Below are positions 10,737 to 18,350 of a stretch of 64,000 nt of DNA, one piece after another. The notes below the pieces were generated by a model that ran no database searches, was not told where the DNA came from, and saw only the letters and a program-made list of their open reading frames with translations. The number at the start of each line of letters is the position of its first letter. Position 1 is the stretch's first letter. A program made the translations under genes and the position numbers. Source of the DNA: Planctomycetota bacterium. GTDB lineage: Bacteria; Planctomycetota; B15-G4. Where the stretch lies: contig CBDFJQ010000002.1 in NCBI GenBank assembly GCA_965248575.1, positions 5,056,001-5,120,000 of the forward strand, written 5' to 3'.

Positions 10737-11799
10737 CGGACTCACCACTTTGCACACAGCGGAAACCGGTGTGGCCGAGGCTCGTGTCCGGGCTGGACTT
10801 CATGCGGGCGCTGACGCGATAGCCTGAGCAGTAGCTGTCGTTGCAGAGATACGATCCGCCGCGTTGCACGCGCTTTGGAACATAGGGCTCTTGCGGGTCC
10901 AGGCTGTCAGCGGGGCCGGGAGGGTTCAGCACGCCGTTGGGATGTGCGCGCTGGGTCTGCGAGTAAGTGTCGTGGCGGTACCAATCCGCGCACCACTCCC
11001 AGACGTTGCCCCCCATGTCGTAGAGGCCGTATCCGTTGGCCGGAAAGCTCGCGACGGCCGCGGTGCGCTCATATCCATCCAACAAGGTGTTGGCATTGGG
11101 GAAGGTCCCGCTGAAGGAGTTGGCCTTGCTGGGGCCGACTTCGATGCCCTCGTCGCCCCAGGGGTAGAGTGGTGCCTCGCGCCCACCCTGGGCTGCCCAC
11201 TCCCACTCCGCCTCCGTGGGGAGTCGTTTGCCGGCCCAGCTCGCATAGGCCACGGCGTCGTCCCAGGACACGTGCACCACCGGATGGTCACTCCGACCTT
11301 CGAGGTTGCTGCCCGGCCCTTCGGGATGCAGCCAGTCTGCGCCAGGGATCCACTTCCACCAGCGTGACACGTCGATGAGCGTGCCGGGCTCGCTGGGGGC
11401 CACAAAGACGAGCGAGGCCGCGACCAGCACGGACTCATCGGGCTTGGGGGTGCCAGGCGGCAGCTGCTTCTTGAGTTCTTCCCAGTCCGGAGGGCGTTGG
11501 GCAGTCGTCAAATAGCCCGTGGTCTCGACGAAGGCGCGGAACTGGGCGTTCGTGACCTCCGTGCTGTCCATCCAGAATCCATCGACGCGGACCCTGTGGG
11601 GAGGGCGTTCATCGGCCCGTGCCCAGCGAGGGTCGTCGGAGCCCATGAGGTACTCGGCCCCTTCGACCCAGACCATGCCGTCAGGAGCGGTCCGGCCCGG
11701 TTCGCGGGGTGGCTCTTGAGAACACAGGACACTCAGCAGCAGGGCAGGCACTACGGCAGTGGTGATGAGCGAGGCGATCACCTGGGCATGATACGCCAT
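10699..11799 (-). CDS. Formylglycine-generating enzyme (SUMF1/FGE-sulfatase) family protein
   Basis: TEVTNAQF, RLPTEAEWE, NGYGLYDMGGNVWEWCADW, RGGSYLCNDSYC, HTGFRC; N-terminal signal. Confidence 0.93.
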   Translation of the reverse strand: MAYHAQVIASLITTAVVPALLLSVLCSQEPPREPGRTAPDGMVWVEGAEYLMGSDDPRWARADERPPHRVRVDGFWMDSTEVTNAQFRAFVETTGYLTTAQRPPDWEELKKQLPPGTPKPDESVLVAASLVFVAPSEPGTLIDVSRWWKWIPGADWLHPEGPGSNLEGRSDHPVVHVSWDDAVAYASWAGKRLPTEAEWEWAAQGGREAPLYPWGDEGIEVGPSKANSFSGTFPNANTLLDGYERTAAVASFPANGYGLYDMGGNVWEWCADWYRHDTYSQTQRAHPNGVLNPPGPADSLDPQEPYVPKRVQRGGSYLCNDSYCSGYRVSARMKSSPDTSLGHTGFRCVQSGESVSDATHPAAQRK

Positions 11800-11815
11800 G
11801 GGGGCGGCGCGCAAC

Positions 11816-12295
11816 TCAGCCGTCGGCGTCCAGGATCTCGGAGGTCGTGTCGACCCAGCCGCTGGCCGCATCGATCAACAGCGTCCGGCGGTGCAAGCCC
11901 GCTGCGAGCCGCACCTGACCGCCCGACATGGGGAGGCCGTTGCCGTCGATGATGCAGATGGTCCCGGCCCGGCCGAAGCGCGCACTGAGCAGGTCCACAT
12001 CCGTCGCCAGTTTGGCTTGCCCCAGGTCGACGAGGGTTTCCCGATCGCTCACGGGGTCGGCGGCGATCTCGCCCCGGACGTTGATGATCGCGATGCGATC
12101 ACTTTCCACGTCGAAGGCCACGCCATGCGGCGATTGGGTAGAGCGCGCCAGGGACGTGGCAAGATCCACCGCGCTCCGGATGCGCGCATCGGCAATCTCG
12201 AGCAAGCGGTCGTCGCTCGTGGAGCCGGGGACGCCAGCCAGCGAGACGAGCAGGGCCAGGACGCCAGCGCCGATGAGGAAGTCGAAACGGGTCAT
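11816..12295 (-). CDS. GspH/FimT-like minor pseudopilin with a degenerate leader
   Basis: Hydrophobic N-terminal helix; A...ARS...HGVAFD and DGNGLPMSGGQVRL...IDAASG patterns typical of GspH/FimT; ATGA overlap with the upstream gene. Confidence 0.6.
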   Translation of the reverse strand: MTRFDFLIGAGVLALLVSLAGVPGSTSDDRLLEIADARIRSAVDLATSLARSTQSPHGVAFDVESDRIAIINVRGEIAADPVSDRETLVDLGQAKLATDVDLLSARFGRAGTICIIDGNGLPMSGGQVRLAAGLHRRTLLIDAASGWVDTTSEILDADG

Positions 12296-13278
12296 GGGAA
12301 GCGGAACCGGATCATGGGCTGGACGTCTTCCCAGTTGGTCTGCGCCGGGAGGTAGGTCAGGAAGTCGGTCTGTACGGGGCCGCGCATGTCGAGGCAGCCA
12401 GGCCACGAACGGGGCACACGCCCCTGATCGATGAGCTCGATGCCTGGTGCCAACACGGGTGCTTCCAGGGAGACCAGCCGGCCGAACAAGCTGCCGCGCC
12501 CGTCGAGCTGGATGCCATGGGCGATGATGGCGCCTTGCACCTGGAGGCTCAGACTCTCGTCCTCACTGCGAAGCACACCGTCGGGCATGACGATGGACAC
12601 GCCGTGCAAGGGAACCATGGGCTCCATCCGCAGGCTGCCCATGATCGTGACCCGCGGGGCGCGTTCCTGATCGAACTCTCCAAGCGAGCCGCTGCTCAGA
12701 GCGCCGTCGGAGACGATGGCCCCCTTGATGACCACGTCGCGCAAGGTCAGTTTGACACCGGGTGCCACAACGAACAGTCCTTGCAGGGATTCACCGGCGA
12801 GGGTCATGTCCCGGCGGATGCGACGTACCTGGAGGTCGGGGTTGGCGAGCAGGGAGTTGACGGTGTCGCCCTTGAGTCGAGGCAGGTCGTCGCTCGACTC
12901 GGGTTGTGCGCGGGGGGCCGGGCGGAATGACCCGGCTGTCTGCACGACGGATACCAACTGGTCGTCCAGCATGGATTCGGCACGCAGCACACTGAGGGGG
13001 CCGGCGACCGGGGTGATGGACACTTGAGCCGTTCGTGCTTCAGGGAGTTGGTGGCCTTCGACGAGGGCCTTGCGTGCCTCGGACAAGGCGTCGTCTCCAG
13101 CGGCTTGAACCTGGCGATAGCTGGTCGACGCATGGGCCGTGGGCAAGGCTTCGAACAGCGTGCGTGTGGCCATGAGGCCCAACGCCACGATCACACCGGT
13201 GATCAGCAGGTACCGGAAGGCGGAAATGCCCTCCAGCATGCGTCCTTCCGAGGGAGAGTCGGTCACGGGCGGCTTCAT
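12292..13278 (-). CDS. PilX/GspK-like protein with N-terminal transmembrane helix and beta-rich C-terminus
   Basis: Single N-terminal hydrophobic helix; repeated IxGAIV/VQGAIIA beta motifs; lies between pilin-like genes. Confidence 0.5.
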   Translation of the reverse strand: MKPPVTDSPSEGRMLEGISAFRYLLITGVIVALGLMATRTLFEALPTAHASTSYRQVQAAGDDALSEARKALVEGHQLPEARTAQVSITPVAGPLSVLRAESMLDDQLVSVVQTAGSFRPAPRAQPESSDDLPRLKGDTVNSLLANPDLQVRRIRRDMTLAGESLQGLFVVAPGVKLTLRDVVIKGAIVSDGALSSGSLGEFDQERAPRVTIMGSLRMEPMVPLHGVSIVMPDGVLRSEDESLSLQVQGAIIAHGIQLDGRGSLFGRLVSLEAPVLAPGIELIDQGRVPRSWPGCLDMRGPVQTDFLTYLPAQTNWEDVQPMIRFRFP

Positions 13279-13290
13279 GCGTCGTGCGGT

Positions 13291-14847
13291 CTACTGTCCG
13301 GCCAATTCGAGACCTGGGAACTCGCCTGGGATACAGCCCAACCAGGGATTGTCCACGGCCGACTGCGACACGATCGATGCGGACCCCGCGTGCTGCTTCC
13401 CATCCGTCGTGGTGAGGTTGAGGGTGATGCCCGTGACGACGCTGCTCTCGGTGGTCTGGGAGTAGCTGCGCATGCCATCCAGGATGCGGGGCACTGCGTA
13501 GTCCAGAGGACTGAAGGATCCTCCCGTCGTGGAGGCGCCTGCGATGCCGGAGTTCGAGGCCGAACCCACGGGTTGGCCGGCCAACAGAACGGTGCCGCTG
13601 CCAACCAGGCGGAACACCAGGGTATGGGCGCGCCCAGGCTTGATGATGGCATTGAGCCCAGCAAGGTCGAGTGGGATGGGGGTGGTGGGAGCTGCGTACT
13701 GCAGGACGTTGGTTGTGGTGCTGTCCGCCGCATCGTCGCAGGAGCCGAGCACGTCCCCGTGGTTCAGGTGAGATTGGAGGGCGTTGGAGGTCACGTGCAG
13801 GGTGTGCCCGTTCGCAGGGTTCGCGGGGGGGATATGGCACACGGAGATGCTGCTTCCCGAGAGGCCTTCCCCCTCGCTCGTGCTCGTACTCGATTCCTTG
13901 GTTGTCCAGATCCAACTTCCACTGGGCAAGGCGGTCACGGGCAAGCTGATGGTCGCGAGCACTGGGCCATAGGGCCGGGCATCGTCAGGCGTTGCAGCTT
14001 CATGGAGGTCGATATAGAGCACGCTGAGAGCGGGATCAGGAACGGGAGCCGCCGTCGTCGTGCAGGTTCCTTCCACGTCTCCGTGGGCCAGGTGTGCAGC
14101 CACGGCCGCGCTGGAGACCTTGAGCACCTTGGCGCCGGTCGGGTTGCCTGGCGGAATGTGACAAACGTCGACCTTCTTGCTTGTGGACTCGGAGCTGGAC
14201 TCCGTGGTGCTGATGGGTTCTGCAACGGGTGGCACGAAGGACAACGGCATGAGCACCCGTTCGAGAGTCGCCAAGGATGTCTGCTCCTTCACTCCGTCCA
14301 CGGTGTGCACCCAGTCTGGTGCTTTGGAGGACAATGTGAATCCCATGGCGAGAGACAGGCCCTCTTCCAGGGTCACGGTCTCGATTGGCGTGCTGATCGC
14401 GGTCTGTTCAAACCAGGTCCCGTAGGAGTCGAGCGAAGTCGCTTCGCGGAGGCGCATGGACGTACGCGTCTCCACGTTGAAGGACTCGATGTCCGTGAGG
14501 ACAACACCCTCCACGCCCGACGAACGCGTGACCTTGAGTTCTTTCTTGGTGGCGTCGTGCTCGTAGGTCGTGGAATTGCCGAATACGTCCGTGAGCGCGA
14601 GGACATCTGCGCTGGGCTCCTGGACGATCCAGCCGCGCTTGGCTTCGTCCGTGATCCGCACGACGGCCTCCTGGAGCCGCCAGTCACCCTCATCGCGCAC
14701 GACTTCGACTTCCTTGCCGAAGAGCTGCGCTACCTCAGCGACCGCTACCAGGAGCATGGCGCCGATCGTGGTGGAGATGATGAGTTCAATCAGGGTGAAC
14801 CCGGCGGCCGCTGCGCGGTGGCCGGCGGGAGCTGTCGCCTTCTTCAT
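13291..14847 (-). CDS. Prepilin-type N-terminal cleavage/methylation protein (PilW/GspJ-like) with two CH...HLxHGD...C modules
   Basis: Basic leader then G|FTLIELIIS; alternative TTG start at 14859. Confidence 0.88.
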   Translation of the reverse strand: MKKATAPAGHRAAAAGFTLIELIISTTIGAMLLVAVAEVAQLFGKEVEVVRDEGDWRLQEAVVRITDEAKRGWIVQEPSADVLALTDVFGNSTTYEHDATKKELKVTRSSGVEGVVLTDIESFNVETRTSMRLREATSLDSYGTWFEQTAISTPIETVTLEEGLSLAMGFTLSSKAPDWVHTVDGVKEQTSLATLERVLMPLSFVPPVAEPISTTESSSESTSKKVDVCHIPPGNPTGAKVLKVSSAAVAAHLAHGDVEGTCTTTAAPVPDPALSVLYIDLHEAATPDDARPYGPVLATISLPVTALPSGSWIWTTKESSTSTSEGEGLSGSSISVCHIPPANPANGHTLHVTSNALQSHLNHGDVLGSCDDAADSTTTNVLQYAAPTTPIPLDLAGLNAIIKPGRAHTLVFRLVGSGTVLLAGQPVGSASNSGIAGASTTGGSFSPLDYAVPRILDGMRSYSQTTESSVVTGITLNLTTTDGKQHAGSASIVSQSAVDNPWLGCIPGEFPGLELAGQ

Positions 14848-15058
14848 GGCATTCTTCAACGCGTCAATGGGGACAATGCATGTATCGGTTTACACATGTG
14901 CCTGACTTTGGCCTGATTGGCAGCGGAAGCAGCAAGGCCCGTATTCGCGCACGTAGACGGGGGTACGTGGCTCAAAGCTGGGCATTCGGCTTGTCGATGG
15001 AGGCTCCATACCTGCCCTCGGCCCAGCGCTTTCTCTGCTGTCACGGCGCCGCCGCGCA

Positions 15059-15857
15059 GTGGGCGCTGCGCGTGAAGGGCGTGCAGGCAGCTTCATCTTC
15101 AGCCCGCTCCTGGCGATGGCTGCGGGGGCCTGGATGAGCGGCTCCTTACTGGAACACGGACCTGGAGGTGTTCGACACCCGCACCTCCCTCGCCGTGGTC
15201 AGCTCAGATTGGGTGTGGTCGGCTGCCTTCGTCTTGATGACCTTCTGGGACGTCTATCACTCCGGGATGCAGACCTTCGGCCTCGGGAGGATCTACGACG
15301 CAATGGCCGGGAATGCCCCCTTGCACGGTCGGCGCCTGGACCAGATCGCCAACGCGCTCATGTACAGCGGGCCCATCCTTGCGGGCGCCATGCTGATGAG
15401 CCATGTCAATGCGCTGCATGAGTTCGAGTCGCTGGCGGACGCCGAGCTGGGCCCGTGGATCCTGACATCGACCTTGTTCTCGGCCGTGCCTCCCTACGTG
15501 GAGTCGCACGCGAAGGCATTGCGTCTGGGTGTGCTGGCGTTCACGGCGGTGTTCGCCTGGGGCTACAACAGCTTTGGCATGGCGTTCTTGATCATGAACG
15601 TCTTCCACGCCGTGCAGTACTTCGCGCTGGTGTGGGTCTCGGAGGGCAAGAGCCTGCAGCGCTTGGTCCGTTCGGGTCAGCATGCATTGCGACGGCGTGG
15701 GTTGTTCGCGGCCTTCCTGCTGTTGCCTCTCATGGCGGGGCTGGTCCTCTACGCCATGGATGGCTACTGGATCCGCACGACCCTCATGACCTGCGCGCTG
15801 CTGCACTTCTGGTTCGACGGCTTCATGTGGTCCGTTCGCCGGAACCAGGCTGTCTGA
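15059..15857 (+). pseudogene. Probably frameshifted multi-pass membrane protein with conserved His motifs
   Basis: Hydrophobic FIFSPLLAMAAGAW lies in one frame. WDVYHSGMQTFG, FHAVQYF and HFWFDGFMW lie in another frame, which is closed by TGA at 15135. Confidence 0.55.
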
Positions 15858-15882
15858 GGTTTCAGGGCCTTCGGACGGATCT

Positions 15883-15938
15883 ACGAATAAATTCGTCAAA
15901 TTGACGAAAGTCTTCGTAGACATGACGAAGGAATTCGT
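15883..15938. promoter_or_regulatory. Three palindromic operator boxes ACGAA-N4-TTCGT (putative BlaI-family operator)
   Basis: Boxes at 15883-15896, 15904-15917 and 15925-15938, exactly 21 bp apart, immediately upstream of RBS AGGAGGA and the repressor gene; TTGACG at 15901. Confidence 0.8.
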
Positions 15939-15971
15939 CGATAGTTCTCCCGGTCAAACCCAGGAGGACTC

Positions 15972-16361
15972 ATGGCTAGACGAGCAAGCAATCGGCCCAC
16001 GGACGCGGAGCTGGAGATCCTGACGGTGCTGTGGGAGCGGGGCCCGAGCACGGTCCGGGAGGTCTTCCGGGTCATCGAGGGCAGGCGAGACACGGGCTAC
16101 ACCTCCGTGCTCAAGGTCATGCAGATCATGACGGAGAAGGGGGCCCTCATCCGCGACGAGAGCGTGAGGCCTCAGGTCTACCGGGTGACCCAGGCACGGG
16201 CCAAGACTCAGAAGCAGCTCGTCACCGATCTCCTGGATCGAGCCTTCGGAGGAGCAGCGGGAAATCTCGTGCTCCAGGCGCTGTCCTCCCAGAAGACCAC
16301 CCCCGAAGAGCGACAGAAGATCCAAGCGCTGCTCGACAAGCAGCAGAAGGGTGAGTCATGA
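15972..16361 (+). CDS. blaI: BlaI/MecI/CopY-family transcriptional repressor
   Basis: PTDAELEILTVLWERGPSTVREV...YTSVLKVMQIMTEKG...LLDRAFGG. Confidence 0.93.
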   Translation: MARRASNRPTDAELEILTVLWERGPSTVREVFRVIEGRRDTGYTSVLKVMQIMTEKGALIRDESVRPQVYRVTQARAKTQKQLVTDLLDRAFGGAAGNLVLQALSSQKTTPEERQKIQALLDKQQKGES

Positions 16362-18286
16362 GCGACTGGTTGCCACTTCAACTCATGCCGACGGCTTGGG
16401 TCGTGGGTTGGACGTTGATCCACTTCCTGTGGCAGGGCGCACTGGTTGCGGCCTTGACTTGCGTCGCGCTCGCGCTGGTGGATGGAAGAGGGCCCGCCGC
16501 ACGCTATGTCGTCTGCGCAGCAGCCTTGCTGGCCATGGCGGCTGCACCCGCGGTGACGTTCTTCGTGCTGTCTGGTTCGCCGGATCCGAACGCATCCGCA
16601 TTCTCACTGGCCCAGCTGGTGATCTCACCTGATCTGGGCTCGCAGCTGTCCAGCTTGGTTCCTGGTTTGACGGTGCTCTGGATGTTGGGTGTGGGGATGA
16701 TGCAGGCGCGCATGCTCCTCCAGTTCCTTGCAGCGCGGTCTCTCGCAAAGGTTGGCGTGAAGTCCTTGCCCGATTCCGTGGCTCGACATGTGCAGCGACT
16801 GGCCGCCCAGCTAGGTGTTTCCCAGGCGTTGCTCGTGCTCGAATCCAGCCGAGCCGCCGTTCCCATGGTCGTGGGGTGGTTGAAGCCGGTCGTCCTGTTG
16901 CCCACCGCGGTCTTGGCGGGGTTGAGCCCACAGGAGCTGCGTGCGGTGCTGGCCCACGAGCTGGCGCACATCAAGCGTCACGACGCCGCTGTCAACCTGG
17001 CGCAGAGCGTCTTCGAGACCCTCTTCTTCTTCCATCCCGCGGTGTGGTGGCTCTCGCACCGCCTGCGGGTGGAACGTGAATTCTGTTGTGACGACATCGC
17101 CGTGGCCACCTGCGGCGATCCCCTGACCTATGCCAAGGCTCTCGCTGCACTGGACGATGTCCGCGACGTGCATCCCGCGACGGCCATGGCTGCTACCGGA
17201 GGTTCCCTGATGCAGCGTATTTCCCGCCTTCTCGACGCAGGCAACGGCCCACGCCAGGGCCGCGCCCGACTCAGCGGTTGGTTGGCCCCCATGATCATGA
17301 GTTTGGGCCTGACAGCCGTCGTTTCCGCCATGAGCCTCGGTGTCGACGAGTCCGTCGACGACCAGGACGCGCTGTCCATGAAGGGCGTCGACCTGATCAA
17401 GGTCGTGCACCCCGTGGACGCAGAATTGTCCGAGATCCTCCAGGTCCTTCGCAGCCACGGCATGGATGACGCCAGCCTGCTGGAGTTCGTCTCACGACTC
17501 GGAGCCAAGCCGGAGGTCCTCGATGCCATTCACGCAGCGGGCGAGAAGTCCGCGATGAAGGCGCGTCACATCGAGGCCAAGGAGATCCTTGGCGAAGCGC
17601 ACAAACTCATCAAGCAAGATGTCGAAGCGGGGCACATCACGAAGGAAGAAGCCACGCTCCGCATTGAGGCGGTGAGGCGCAGCGTGGAGCACCTGCTCAA
17701 GGGTTCCCAGCCCGTGACAGTCGCAGTGAAGCACGAGGCCGGGCACGAACACCCGGCCGGAGATGTGCACCTGCCCGAGGCCCACAGGAGGCATATGGCG
17801 ACGGCCAAGAAGCTGGAGGAGCTCGAGCTCAAGGCTCAGCACCTGCAGGAGAAGGTCGAGCAAGGCGGCGCACCCGCTGAAGAAGCCGCCCTCCACCTCA
17901 AGAAGGTCGAGAGCTACCTCGCCGAGTTGAAGCAGCAGACACTTGCGGAGCACGAGCACCTCAAGCAGAAGATGCTTCCGAGGGAGTTGATCCCGGCAGG
18001 TGTGCCCGCCCATGTCGAGATCCAGGGCGCCGTCCACCAGCGCGAGCACCAGGTCCTGTTGCGCGGAGCCTTGCTGAAGCTGCTCGAGACGAAGGACCGC
18101 ATCCACGCCATGGACGCCGACAAGGTGCACCTGGCCGTGGCGGTCCTGGAGACGATGCACACCCTGGAGGGTGAGAAGGTTCTCGTGGAGCGGGAAGCAC
18201 AACTCGTGGAGCTGGAACTGATCGAGGAAGTTCCCGCTGGCGTTCCCGCTGGCGTTCCCGCTGGCGTTCCCGCCGGCGACAGCTGA
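16358..18286 (+). CDS. M56-family metallopeptidase (BlaR1/MecR1-like) with His-rich helical C-terminal domain
   Basis: GWTLIHFLWQG, HELAHIKRHD, FFFHPAVWW, EREFCCDD; ATGA overlap with blaI; no penicillin-binding domain. Confidence 0.92.
   Translation: MSDWLPLQLMPTAWVVGWTLIHFLWQGALVAALTCVALALVDGRGPAARYVVCAAALLAMAAAPAVTFFVLSGSPDPNASAFSLAQLVISPDLGSQLSSLVPGLTVLWMLGVGMMQARMLLQFLAARSLAKVGVKSLPDSVARHVQRLAAQLGVSQALLVLESSRAAVPMVVGWLKPVVLLPTAVLAGLSPQELRAVLAHELAHIKRHDAAVNLAQSVFETLFFFHPAVWWLSHRLRVEREFCCDDIAVATCGDPLTYAKALAALDDVRDVHPATAMAATGGSLMQRISRLLDAGNGPRQGRARLSGWLAPMIMSLGLTAVVSAMSLGVDESVDDQDALSMKGVDLIKVVHPVDAELSEILQVLRSHGMDDASLLEFVSRLGAKPEVLDAIHAAGEKSAMKARHIEAKEILGEAHKLIKQDVEAGHITKEEATLRIEAVRRSVEHLLKGSQPVTVAVKHEAGHEHPAGDVHLPEAHRRHMATAKKLEELELKAQHLQEKVEQGGAPAEEAALHLKKVESYLAELKQQTLAEHEHLKQKMLPRELIPAGVPAHVEIQGAVHQREHQVLLRGALLKLLETKDRIHAMDADKVHLAVAVLETMHTLEGEKVLVEREAQLVELELIEEVPAGVPAGVPAGVPAGDS
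18230..18277 (+). repeat. 12-bp tandem repeat x4 (gttcccgctggc, encoding VPAG x4)
   Basis: Three identical units and one with a single synonymous change, at the 3' end of the M56 gene. Confidence 0.9.
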
Positions 18287-18350
18287 ACACGTAGCTCACA
18301 TTCGTCAACGCCCTCCTAGGTCAAGCTGGAGGGGCGACGGGGCCGGATGC

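Noticed and set aside
15883..15938. 21-bp periodic repeats as a mini CRISPR array
   Set aside because: Units and spacers are far too short and there are no cas genes. An operator array explains them better.
15972..18286. Beta-lactam resistance locus
   Set aside because: No beta-lactamase or PBP gene, and the M56 protein lacks the penicillin-binding sensor domain.
18289..18310. Additional BlaI boxes (CATTCGTCAA here; GGAATTCGTCG near 59130)
   Set aside because: Only half-sites; the ACGAA arm at N4 spacing is absent.
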